From: Deltaproteobacteria bacterium
GTDB lineage: Bacteria > Desulfobacterota > Desulfobacteria > Desulfobacterales > JAFDMD01
Assembly: GCA_019306065.1 (NCBI GenBank)
Contig: JAFDMF010000006.1
Span: 23,519 to 87,518 of the forward strand
DNA: 64,000 nt
Direction: 5' to 3'
The notes beneath the pieces are model-generated. The model saw only the letters and a program-made list of their open reading frames with translations, had not been told where the DNA came from and did not search any database. The translations under genes and the position numbers were made by a program. Positions 7,959 through 17,342 of the stretch are shown one piece after another. Position 1 is the stretch's first letter. Each line of letters opens with the position of its first letter.

Positions 7959-9628
7959 AAACTCTCGGATGGAACAAACTTGATATAATAATAGTTACCG
8001 GAGATAGCTATATAGACAACCCATTTATAGGGGCTGCGGTTATAGGAAAACTACTTATAAGCAAAGGCTTTAAAACCGGCATTATAGGGCAGCCGGATAT
8101 CAATTCAAACAAAGATATAACAAGACTCGGCAAACCGACTCTATTTTGGGGAATTACCGGCGGATGCATAGATTCTATGGTTGCAAACTATACCGCTTCC
8201 GGCAAAAAAAGAAAAAAAGACGACTATACCGCCGGAGGCTTAAATAACAAAAGACCGGATCGCGCCGTTATAGTTTACGCAAACCTTATAAGACAACATT
8301 TTAAAAATACAAAACCGCTTGTTCTCGGCGGAATAGAGGCAAGTTTAAGAAGAATACCCCATTACGATTACGCCTCAAACAAACTCCGCAGATCAATACT
8401 ATTCGACGCAAAAGCGGACTACATAATATACGGCATGGGGGAAAAAGCCGTAATTGAACTTGCCGAAAAATTACAAAAAAAAGAAAATACAAACAATATT
8501 GCCGGAACCTGTTACATATCCGCAAAACATAAAAAAGATTATATACAACTTCCGCCTTACGAAGACATTCTAAAAGATAAAAAAACCTTTATACAAATGT
8601 TTAACGCCTTCTACGCAAACAACGATCATAAAACCGCAAAAGGACTTTGTCAAAAAATCGGAGACCGTTATCTTATACATAATCCGCCGGCAGACAATCT
8701 TACGAGCGAACAATTAGATAAAATCTACGATTTACATTATGAAAACGACCTTCATCCCTTCCATAAACAGAAAGGAGACGCGCCCGCCCTTAATACCATA
8801 AAATTTTCCGTAAAAACCCACAGAGGCTGTTACGGAGAGTGCGCCTTTTGCGCTATAGCTATTCATGAAGGAAAAACCGTAATATCAAGAAGCGAAGAAT
8901 CTATAATAAAACAGGTGAAAAAACTAACCCTACATCCCGATTTTAAAGGATACATATTAGACTCCGGAGGTCCTACCGCAAATATGTACGGCTTTGAGTG
9001 CAAAAAAAAAATTACAAACGGAGCATGTAAAGATAAAAAATGTTTATATCCTAAAATATGCTCCTCTTTAAATCCGAGTCATCAAAAACAGATAAACCTT
9101 CTTAAAAAACTTGAAAAAATCAAAGGAATAAAAAAAATATTTATAGCGTCCGGCATAAGACACGATCTTATACTCTCCGATAAAAAATACGGGGAAAAAT
9201 ATCTTAAACAGATCATAAAAAATCATATATCCGGTCAAATGAAAATAGCGCCCGAACATATCGAAGATAAAATCCTCGCTCTAATCGGCAAGCCGGATAA
9301 ACAATGCCTGATAGACTTTGTAAACCTATTTTATAAATATACAAAACAGGCGCAAAAAAAATTATATCTAACCTACTACTTTATGGCGGCTCTTCCCTCC
9401 TCTACGGAAAACGACATGAAAAAACTTAAAACCTTTATATCATCCAAACTTAAAACCAACCCGGAACAAATCCAAATATTTACCCCTACCCCCTCAACCT
9501 ATGCGACGCTATCCTATTATACCGAAGTCAATCCCTTTACAAAAAATAAAATTTATGTTGAAAAAAATATTAAAAAAAAGGAAAAACAGAAAAGCGTCAT
9601 AATATCAAAACGGAGAATAAAAAAATGA
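7928..9628 (+). CDS. ygiQ: YgiQ-family (UPF0313) radical SAM protein
   Basis: GDSYIDNP, DSMVANYT, RPDRA, GGIEASLRR, HRGCYGECAFC; start moved to MFIPTT. Confidence 0.92.
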   Translation: MFIPTTKQELKTLGWNKLDIIIVTGDSYIDNPFIGAAVIGKLLISKGFKTGIIGQPDINSNKDITRLGKPTLFWGITGGCIDSMVANYTASGKKRKKDDYTAGGLNNKRPDRAVIVYANLIRQHFKNTKPLVLGGIEASLRRIPHYDYASNKLRRSILFDAKADYIIYGMGEKAVIELAEKLQKKENTNNIAGTCYISAKHKKDYIQLPPYEDILKDKKTFIQMFNAFYANNDHKTAKGLCQKIGDRYLIHNPPADNLTSEQLDKIYDLHYENDLHPFHKQKGDAPALNTIKFSVKTHRGCYGECAFCAIAIHEGKTVISRSEESIIKQVKKLTLHPDFKGYILDSGGPTANMYGFECKKKITNGACKDKKCLYPKICSSLNPSHQKQINLLKKLEKIKGIKKIFIASGIRHDLILSDKKYGEKYLKQIIKNHISGQMKIAPEHIEDKILALIGKPDKQCLIDFVNLFYKYTKQAQKKLYLTYYFMAALPSSTENDMKKLKTFISSKLKTNPEQIQIFTPTPSTYATLSYYTEVNPFTKNKIYVEKNIKKKEKQKSVIISKRRIKK

Positions 9629-10458
9629 AAAAATATAAACGCCTATTTATTATAATTATACTATTTGCCCTATCCACATCATTTACGGCGTCTGCCGCAA
9701 ATAAAGCCGGAAACGCATCCCTTTTTAAACCCCTTATCGCGGATCCGCGCCAGCCTCATTTTTCGGCTTCTTATCAACGATATATAAATGACGACGAGTT
9801 AAAAAATATCGGTTCTACAAGTTTCGGAGAAACATTTACTTCCCGTCCGTGGAACGCTTTAAACGGTAAAATGAGCGCTGGCATACAAGCGGCTGTTTTT
9901 GCATTCTTTAATCTTGACGCCGAATCTATGGATCTAATAAATGCGGATTATTGGGTAGGCATTCCGCTTCAATACAAAAAAGATAACTTTTCGGCTATGT
10001 TCAGACTGTTTCATCAAAGTTCTCATCTCGGAGACGAATATCTTCTTAATAACCCAATAGGCAGAGTTAATTTAAGCTACGAAAGCATAGACTTAAAAAT
10101 ATCTTACGAGAATATATATGAAGTTTTAAGAGGCTACATAGGCGCCGGCTATATTTTTCATAAAGAGCCGGAAGATCTAAAGCCCGTTTCCGCCCAGTTC
10201 GGAGCCGAATATAAATGCAATAAAACATTTTTAAACGATCTTATAAGACCAATAGCAGGAATCGATACAAAAATGTGGGAAGAAAACGACTGGGGATTAG
10301 ATATATCTCTCAGATTCGGGGTTCAGATGGAAAGCATCGAAAGAAAAGGGAGAAAATTACAGCTTATGTTTGAATATTTTCATGGAAACTCGCCTCACGG
10401 GCAATTTTATAATAGAAAAATAAAATATACAGGCATAGGAACCCATTTTTACTTTTAA
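9625..10458 (+). CDS. DUF1207-like outer-membrane beta-barrel protein
   Basis: Signal peptide, PLIADPRQP, LINADY, HQSSHLGDE, C-terminal Phe. Confidence 0.75.
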   Translation: MKKYKRLFIIIILFALSTSFTASAANKAGNASLFKPLIADPRQPHFSASYQRYINDDELKNIGSTSFGETFTSRPWNALNGKMSAGIQAAVFAFFNLDAESMDLINADYWVGIPLQYKKDNFSAMFRLFHQSSHLGDEYLLNNPIGRVNLSYESIDLKISYENIYEVLRGYIGAGYIFHKEPEDLKPVSAQFGAEYKCNKTFLNDLIRPIAGIDTKMWEENDWGLDISLRFGVQMESIERKGRKLQLMFEYFHGNSPHGQFYNRKIKYTGIGTHFYF

Positions 10459-10722
10459 ACTCTATCTTTAAATAGGCTTCTTTCTCTTTTTGTTCCGTAT
10501 GGCTCGAAATAATCGGCGGCAGTTTTGTATAAAAATAAAAAAGTTGACTACTTATATAATATTAATCTCTAATCACGAAGGGGAAATTGTAGGCGTAGGT
10601 TCGCTCTACTGCTGGTGATCCCCATCTTTATTCTATATAAACTATGTTTTTCTGTGCCAGTTATATATAAAAATTTTATCAAATTTTCTTAAAAGGACTG
10701 AATAAGCGTTTTTGATTATAAT

Positions 10723-11400
10723 CTATTGATCTTTTAAAAAAGTTTCATCTTTAATGCCTGCGGCTATTTTATTCTGAATTTCATACATTAAATCTATAAC
10801 AAGCTTTTTATACTTTTTATAAACCTTATGAGTAACTTTTTCATAAGAAGAAATATCGCCCCCATGAGCGACTGAGTTTCTATACCTTAAAAAATCATAC
10901 ATACAATCTTTTAAGTTCGGGTTTGGATGGTTATAATCTTTCCAATGCGTTTTAAATGGTTTCAAACAAAATGCTTTTAATATTTTATTCAAAACTTCAA
11001 AATTTACATTATTTTTCAAATCGATTTTAGAAGATACGGGATGATATTTATTTGAAAAAAAATCTTTTAATTTTAAGTAAAAACTGATTTTTCCGTTGTC
11101 TTTTTGAGGATATAATTTTAACTGCTTAAAAGTATTTTCCATATGAAAAATTACAATGCTATCTCCAAATTTTTGAAATTCGATCTTTTTTTTGTTCAAT
11201 TCGTCAAGATATAATCTAAAAGCGTTTTGAATAAAACCCTCCCAAATAGAATATATCATTGCTATTGATTGAATTGAAAAAATCTCAAAATGCTTGCGAG
11301 ATAGATTGTATCGTTTTGTAAATACGACCCGTTCTATTTCGAAAAGAGCGCTTTGCCTCTCCTCAATTATTTTTAAAAGTTCATTTTCAAAATCAGACAT
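10723..11400 (-). CDS. HEPN-like nuclease (MAE_28990/RiboL-PSP type)
   Basis: YSIWEGF helix and RNSVAHG (RxxxxH); 6 nt downstream of the DUF262 gene. Confidence 0.8.
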   Translation of the reverse strand: MSDFENELLKIIEERQSALFEIERVVFTKRYNLSRKHFEIFSIQSIAMIYSIWEGFIQNAFRLYLDELNKKKIEFQKFGDSIVIFHMENTFKQLKLYPQKDNGKISFYLKLKDFFSNKYHPVSSKIDLKNNVNFEVLNKILKAFCLKPFKTHWKDYNHPNPNLKDCMYDFLRYRNSVAHGGDISSYEKVTHKVYKKYKKLVIDLMYEIQNKIAAGIKDETFLKDQ

Positions 11401-11406
11401 AACTAT

Positions 11407-12537
11407 CTATTGCTCGCCAAATATTTTGTTAGCCCTTCTTAACCTAGCCCGTATTCTGGTTTTACTATTAGAAGCCACGCCGGAAACCCTTTTAAATTCT
11501 TCGTCATTTTTTAATTTATTTATTTTTGTTTTTAATAATTCAATTTGATCATCATAGCGTTCTATATTTTGCGCTAACCCTATTATGATTCCTTCAAAGT
11601 AAGCAGGCACAAACTGATTTTTATGGTTTCTAAAAACCTTTGCGTCGTCTATGCGTTCAATCATCTTCAAAACTTTATTAAACATTTCTCTATAATATTT
11701 GGGGTCAAATTTACTCTTTTCTACGGCGTTTTTCTGCATAAAATCATTTAAAAATGCCTCCGTATTTTTATTAATTTTTTCTACATTACCTAAATAAGCA
11801 ATAAATCTTAATACTAATTCTTGGTCATAAAGTTCCTGTTTTTTTTGTTTACTCAAATTAGTAAGCTTTTGAAATGCGTCATTGTTACTTATTTCTATAA
11901 TCAACTCATTTATAGTAGAATTTATCCCCCTATAAACAGCGTTTCGTATCTCTTGAGCGGTCGCTTTTGAGCCGCCGGAATTTAATCTTTTAAAAAGCTC
12001 ATATTTCATTACATGACTACTTTCTCCCCGCAATATTTCCACCCTGCAAACAGCTCTTTTTAAATTCATTTTATATTTACTGGGAAGGGTCTCAATATCA
12101 AAGCCTTCTAAACCGGGAATTAAACCGCCTTCTTCCAAAGTCCATTTATTATTTATACTAATCTCTTCTCCATTATCCATCTCTTCTTCATTATCTCTTT
12201 GGAAAACCGACTGTGAAACATTAGTATCTAACTCCCCAAAAAAGCTTATAAAGGTTGAAACTCTTTGCAAGCCGTCAACCAATTCCCAAATTCCATCTTC
12301 ATCCTCTGCCACAAAAATCGGAGGAATGGGAATTGATAGCAATATTGATTCTATAAGCGCCGTTTTTTGTTGTTGATTCCATCTAAAAAAGCGTTGATAT
12401 TCCGGTCTAATAATTAATTCCTTATTTTTATACAGACTAATCAATTCGCCAAAGGAAAGATCCATTCTATCTGCGGAAAGCCTGCCTCTTCCGTTTGAAA
12501 TTTGCTCTTCTAATTCTTTTATTTTTTTTTCGTCCAT
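11407..12537 (-). CDS. DUF262 (ParB-like, GmrS-type) protein
   Basis: PEYQRFFRW, IPPIF, VDGLQR, FKRLNSGG. Confidence 0.88.
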   Translation of the reverse strand: MDEKKIKELEEQISNGRGRLSADRMDLSFGELISLYKNKELIIRPEYQRFFRWNQQQKTALIESILLSIPIPPIFVAEDEDGIWELVDGLQRVSTFISFFGELDTNVSQSVFQRDNEEEMDNGEEISINNKWTLEEGGLIPGLEGFDIETLPSKYKMNLKRAVCRVEILRGESSHVMKYELFKRLNSGGSKATAQEIRNAVYRGINSTINELIIEISNNDAFQKLTNLSKQKKQELYDQELVLRFIAYLGNVEKINKNTEAFLNDFMQKNAVEKSKFDPKYYREMFNKVLKMIERIDDAKVFRNHKNQFVPAYFEGIIIGLAQNIERYDDQIELLKTKINKLKNDEEFKRVSGVASNSKTRIRARLRRANKIFGEQ

Positions 12538-12676
12538 TTTAACCGCTCCTTTTAACCTGCTAATATTCTATAAAAAATTTTTGTTCTTTTTAGTCTGTAT
12601 TAGCAATATATTATTGTCTATTCTCTTACACATAACAAGTCATTTAATTTCTCGCAATAGTGATTTATTATAATCT

Positions 12677-12790
12677 ATGAAGCATATTTTATTTTTCAAA
12701 ATTTACTTGCCAATGAAATAAAAAAACTGCCGTCAAATATCTACCCGCATTATTAAACTTCATTCGCCTATTTCACGAAATAATACCTTT
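12677..12790 (+). pseudogene. Possible small antitoxin remnant (DUF2281-like)
   Basis: With one frameshift reads NLLANEIKKLP-S-KYLPALLNFIRLFHEI, resembling short helical antitoxins. Confidence 0.4.
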
Positions 12791-12961
12791 GTGTCTTTAT
12801 ACCTTTTATCCCTTAACTTTAATATTGAAAAAATAACCGCAACCGATTATTAAATTGATAACTACATTATAAAAAGGATTATAAGCAAAAAAAACCAACT
12901 AAAGTTTAGCGGATAACAATTTCTATTTGCTTTGCGGATAACATAACGATTAATTATAATT

Positions 12962-13105
12962 AATTTCGGCGGATAACAAAGTAATTTGTTTGTTGGCAAG
13001 GCGGATAATAATTTTTAACCGGAGGAATACTTATAGTATTTCGAGGATTAAAAATTGTTATCCAACGCAGTCAACGAGCAAATTACTTTGTTATCCGCCG
13101 AAATT
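12962..13105 (+). repeat. Family D element, complete (144 bp)
   Basis: Perfect 27-bp terminal inverted repeats (12962-12988 / 13079-13105); internal caaggcgg...ccaacgcag and central gaatac-ttata-gtattt hairpin. Confidence 0.92.
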
Positions 13106-13117
13106 TAAAGGAAAATA

Positions 13118-13612
13118 ATGAAACCTACCGATATACTACCAATAGAAAAATGGATTGAACTTGAAAAAGATATATATAATCGCTCAAAGCTTTCGGCTTC
13201 GGTTTTTAACACAGAAGGCATAAGAATTACCGATTATTTTAAATGGCCTAATAAGATATGCCCGGCTATAAAGGCTACGGATAAAGGAAAAAGTTTTATA
13301 TGCGCGACGGCTCATATGAATCTTGCAAATATAGCAAAAAATACAAAAAAATTTGTAATCGAAGAATGCGATGCTGGGCTTGTAAAACTTATAGTTCCGA
13401 TATTTGTTCAAAATAAGTTTATAGGTTCCGTAGGAGCATGCGGGCTTATTTTGGAAGACGGAGAGGTAGATACTTTTGCGATTAATATGATAACCGAAAT
13501 AGAGGAAAAAAAAGCCGAAGAGCTTTCTGCCGGAATAGCTTCGATTTCAAAAAAAAACTTGGAAGAGCTTGCTCAATATATAAAAGCAAGGCTTAAAGCT
13601 ATTATTAAATAG
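13118..13612 (+). CDS. Stand-alone PocR ligand-binding domain protein
   Basis: ICPAIKAT...ICATAH...EECDAGLVKLIVPIF conserved Cys pattern. Confidence 0.8.
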   Translation: MKPTDILPIEKWIELEKDIYNRSKLSASVFNTEGIRITDYFKWPNKICPAIKATDKGKSFICATAHMNLANIAKNTKKFVIEECDAGLVKLIVPIFVQNKFIGSVGACGLILEDGEVDTFAINMITEIEEKKAEELSAGIASISKKNLEELAQYIKARLKAIIK

Positions 13613-13627
13613 TTTCGTAAAAAAACC

Positions 13628-13826
13628 GAGACAGGTTCAAAAAAAATAATAAAGGAATTTATCGCTTCGCTCGAAATGACAGAAAGGAAGTTTTTTTGTT
13701 CCGTCATTTTGACGGATGTTATTTTTACTTGTTATTTCGACGAACGAAGTGATGAGAAATCCCTTAATTAAATTATAAACAGAGGAAATCCCCATCACTA
13801 AAATTAGATACAAAAAGGAATGATTA
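13628..13826. repeat. Mosaic of family B pair and family C
   Basis: B pair at 13654-13681 / 13730-13763 with internal tccgtca/tgacgga hairpin; then aattataaacagaggaaatccccat...caaaaaggaatgatta (family C). Confidence 0.75.
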
Positions 13827-13842
13827 ACAAAGGAGAACTATT

Positions 13843-14235
13843 ATGAAAAAAATTATTTCAACTATAATCTTTGCAGCTTCAATATTTATAAGCGCCTCCG
13901 TATATGCCGGCGAACCGAACGTATATCATGTTGTTTTGGTAGATTTAAAAGACGGAGTTACAGCACAACAGATTGAAGAGATGACAACCGTAGGCAAAGC
14001 GCTTCTTGCAAACATACCCGGAGTTTTGGATATATCAATCAATAAAAAAGCCCGCGAAGATAGAAAAGTTCATATAAAAGATTATGACCTCGGCGTATTG
14101 GTAAAGTGGGAAAACAACAAAACAGGCGATATATACGCGCCTCATGTTTTGCATCAAACATTTTTAAAACTTTACAAAGATATGTTTAAAAGCATAAGAG
14201 TCATAGATTTTTACGGAAACGAAAACCCCAAATAA
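13843..14235 (+). CDS. Exported Dabb (stress-responsive A/B barrel) protein
   Basis: Signal peptide; HVVLV...IPGV...YAPHVLH...IDF. Confidence 0.75.
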   Translation: MKKIISTIIFAASIFISASVYAGEPNVYHVVLVDLKDGVTAQQIEEMTTVGKALLANIPGVLDISINKKAREDRKVHIKDYDLGVLVKWENNKTGDIYAPHVLHQTFLKLYKDMFKSIRVIDFYGNENPK

Positions 14236-14238
14236 TAT

Positions 14239-14281
14239 AATTTTAACAAAGCCCGTTTTTTCAGCGGGCTTTGTTAAAATT
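14239..14281. terminator. Bidirectional terminator between convergent genes
   Basis: aattttaacaaagcccg / cgggctttgttaaaatt perfect 17-bp arms. Confidence 0.8.
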
Positions 14282-15020
14282 TTTCCGCGGCTTTTTCCAA
14301 CAACTTTCTAACTTGTTTATTAAACCAACAGTCAAGAAATATCTCGCTTTTTAGCTTATAATTTTTTTCATACTTATAACAAATCTCTTCAATACGATTC
14401 TCTTTTATCGCCAAAAATGCGGGCTTATACAATTTTGCAATCTTTGCAATCTTTTCTATGACCGCATCTTCCAATTCTTGAAGAGGATAAATTTCATCTA
14501 TAAGTCCTATCTTTTTCGCTTCGCCAAAAGATATAAATTCTCCCGTATAAATCATTTCTTTAGCCTCTCTATCTCCTACGACCTGCCTTAAAATCATATC
14601 CGGCAAATAAGGAACCGGCAGTCCGAGTTTCACCTCGTTTAATCCTATCTTTTTATCGTCAAAAGAGGCAAACCTATAATCGCATGCAAGAGCTAATATA
14701 TTTCCTCCTGCTACTGCATGGCCGGATAAAACACAGGCGGTAGGCATTAAAATTTTAAAAATATCAAAAGTAACATTATTAAATTTATACAAAAAATCTC
14801 TCATTTCAACTCTCGAAAGCTCTAACAGACTCGGCAGATCAAGACCTATGCAGAAAAACTTTTCTCCGCCTGCAAGCAAAAGCCCGTCGGCTTCATCTTT
14901 GACGGCATTCACGGCTTTTGCAAGATCATCTGCAAGCTCGCATGAAATTCCGTTAACAACCCCGTTATTTAATCTTAAAATTGCAATATTTCCGCTCCAT
15001 TCGGTTATAACTTTCGGCAT
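14274..15020 (-). CDS. Enoyl-CoA hydratase/isomerase family protein
   Basis: FCIGLDL, GHAVAGG, ALACDYR, IGLNEVKLG. Confidence 0.9.
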   Translation of the reverse strand: MPKVITEWSGNIAILRLNNGVVNGISCELADDLAKAVNAVKDEADGLLLAGGEKFFCIGLDLPSLLELSRVEMRDFLYKFNNVTFDIFKILMPTACVLSGHAVAGGNILALACDYRFASFDDKKIGLNEVKLGLPVPYLPDMILRQVVGDREAKEMIYTGEFISFGEAKKIGLIDEIYPLQELEDAVIEKIAKIAKLYKPAFLAIKENRIEEICYKYEKNYKLKSEIFLDCWFNKQVRKLLEKAAEKF

Positions 15021-15203
15021 ACGTCCCTCTTTTCAAAGTTAAATTAAAAAGATATTAAAAAAATTTATTTGCTCTTACTTATGCTTAAAATTTTCAAAAG
15101 CGGCGGCTTTTTGACTGCAACCGCACGGATAATAATATAACTGTCTTTTTCAAAAACCGTAGGCATTATTAGGCATTATAATGCTCCTCATAACATAAAA
15201 ACG

Positions 15204-15231
15204 GTAGAGCCATTGCATGCAACCTCTCCAC
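15204..15231. repeat. Family A GTAG-type REP, degenerate
   Basis: gtagagccattgcatgcaacctctccac vs consensus gtagagacgttgcatgcaacgtctctac. Confidence 0.7.
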
Positions 15232-15267
15232 TTTGCAACTTTGTATATTAATAATTTATTCTTCTTA

Positions 15268-16098
15268 TTAAGATAATTCTTCTATAATAATATTTGCCGT
15301 ATTAATCAAAGAATTTGCCGTTAAATTTAAAAAAGGATAAATATCCCCTTTATCCGCTTTATTTAAAGCCGTAAGATATTGTCTACGATTTTCGGTTTTA
15401 ATAATTGCCATAGGATATTTTTGTTTCATTAAAATCAGATTCGTCAAAATCCGCGCTCCTCTACCGTTGCCGTCGTCAAACGGATGTATTCTTACCATAT
15501 TATAATGAGCTGCGGAACTTAAAATTATGGGATGTATTTTGTCAATATTGTCGTTAATAAACCTGCATAAGATTTCCATTTCATCCGCCACATAAATAGG
15601 ATCCGTATAAAAATGAATTGTTCCGTCCATTTGTAAAACATGATTCGGCAAAGTTTTATATTTTCCCGGGGATGCCGGTTTTTGAATTCTTTTACCATGT
15701 TCGTCCATTGCGGACGTCCGTTTTACTCCGAATAAAAGCAAAGCGTTTATCTCTTTTATCAGGCTTTGAGTTACAAGGCGCTTATCTGTTATTACGTCGT
15801 AAAGCAGATTTATTGCTTCGGAATGATTTTTGGCGTCTATAAAATCTTTAAAAGGCTTGCCTTCTACGGTTAATCCTTCTTTTAAAAAAAATAAGGTTTC
15901 GCCCATTGTAAGAGAACTTCCCTCTATTGCATTGGAATTATATGTCCAATCAATGCGCAGCTTTTCTTGAAGCGCCGCCATGCGCTCTTTTTGCAAGGAC
16001 TTTTTATTATCGATTTGGATTTTCAAACTGTCCGCAGTCTCTAATAGTTTTTTTATACCCGCCGAAATTTTTTTTAAATCGTAATAGTTATATTGCAT
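15268..16098 (-). CDS. Fic-domain protein with internal inhibitory motif
   Basis: HPFDDGNGRGAR catalytic motif; SNAIEG (S/TxxxEG) inhibitory helix N-terminal to it. Confidence 0.92.
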   Translation of the reverse strand: MQYNYYDLKKISAGIKKLLETADSLKIQIDNKKSLQKERMAALQEKLRIDWTYNSNAIEGSSLTMGETLFFLKEGLTVEGKPFKDFIDAKNHSEAINLLYDVITDKRLVTQSLIKEINALLLFGVKRTSAMDEHGKRIQKPASPGKYKTLPNHVLQMDGTIHFYTDPIYVADEMEILCRFINDNIDKIHPIILSSAAHYNMVRIHPFDDGNGRGARILTNLILMKQKYPMAIIKTENRRQYLTALNKADKGDIYPFLNLTANSLINTANIIIEELS

Positions 16099-16101
16099 AA
16101 T

Positions 16102-17325
16102 TTACAAATCCGCTTTTGTTTTTTGGGTAGCGGGCATAACTTTAAACAAAATAATCATACCCGGAATTGCGGCAACGGCGCATAATATAAAAAAGGTTTC
16201 CCAGCCGAGAAGCTCGGCGAAAATTCCGGTAGGAGCGGATAAAACGACTCTTGGTATTCCCATAAGGCTCGTTAATAAAGCATATTGAGTAGCGGTAAAT
16301 TTTCTATTTGTAATGCTTGCCATAAAAGCCGCATAAGCCGCGGTTCCCATCCCGCCCGTAAGATTTTCAAAGGCTATTACCGCGGCAAGTAAAAAAGGTA
16401 AATTGCCTACCGCGGCAAGAAGCGCAAAACCGGCGGTTGATAAAGCCTGTAAAAATCCGAATATCCATAACGCCCTTCTTATGCTAACCTTAAGCATTAT
16501 AACGCCGCCTATTAACCCGCCCGCTATGGTAGCCCATGTTCCGAACATTTTAACTATTGTTCCTATCTGGCTTTTTGTAAAACCTATATCAAGATAAAAA
16601 TATGTGGTTATGCCGGAAGCCATAGTATCTCCGATCTTATAAAGAAGTATAAACGCCAGTATAGGCAGCGCCAAATCGCGGGAAAAATAATCTTTTAACG
16701 GCTCTATTACTGATTCTTTAAGGGTTTTGGGCATTCCTTGCGCGACTTTAGGTTCCGGACTTAACAGAGTGGTTATTATACCCGGAAGCATACATAATCC
16801 CATTATAAAATAAACCTTTTGAAACGTAAAATGATCCGACATTATCAAACCGCCTCCGGATGCAAGCAACATTCCAAGTCTGTATCCGTTTACATATAAA
16901 GAGGAGCCTAACCCAAGCTCCTTATCCGATAAATCTTCTCTTCTGTAAGCGTCTGTTACTATATCTTGAGAAGCGCTGAAAAATGCGGTTATAAAAGCGG
17001 CGCAAGCGGTAAGCAAAGGAGAAGTTCCCGGATTTGTAAATCCGAGAAATATAATAGACGCCGCAAGAAATATCTGAAACAAAAGAAGCCAGCCTCTTCT
17101 TCTGCCGAAAAATTTAATTGCGTATCTATCCGAAAAAGGAGCCCATAAAAATTTCAAAGTATATGGCAGCCCTATTAAACTTACCATACCTACCATCTTA
17201 ATATCCACATTTTCCTGCTGCATCCAAGCCTGAAGCAAAGAAAGGGTCAACAATAAAGGAAGCCCGCAAGAAAAGCCCATTACAAAGGCTCTTAACATCT
17301 TTTTGGAAAGTATCTGTTTTATCAT
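16102..17325 (-). CDS. ampG: Muropeptide MFS permease
   Basis: GFSCGLP, KFLWAPF, GRRRGW, SASQDIVTDAYR, TATQYALL. Confidence 0.93.
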   Translation of the reverse strand: MIKQILSKKMLRAFVMGFSCGLPLLLTLSLLQAWMQQENVDIKMVGMVSLIGLPYTLKFLWAPFSDRYAIKFFGRRRGWLLLFQIFLAASIIFLGFTNPGTSPLLTACAAFITAFFSASQDIVTDAYRREDLSDKELGLGSSLYVNGYRLGMLLASGGGLIMSDHFTFQKVYFIMGLCMLPGIITTLLSPEPKVAQGMPKTLKESVIEPLKDYFSRDLALPILAFILLYKIGDTMASGITTYFYLDIGFTKSQIGTIVKMFGTWATIAGGLIGGVIMLKVSIRRALWIFGFLQALSTAGFALLAAVGNLPFLLAAVIAFENLTGGMGTAAYAAFMASITNRKFTATQYALLTSLMGIPRVVLSAPTGIFAELLGWETFFILCAVAAIPGMIILFKVMPATQKTKADL

Positions 17326-17342
17326 TTAATTAACTGCCGATG

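Noticed and set aside
12908-12923. agcggataacaatttc, a 16-nt match to the lac operator/vector sequence
   Set aside because: The left operator half and any other vector sequence are absent; the motif is shared with the adjacent D-element end.
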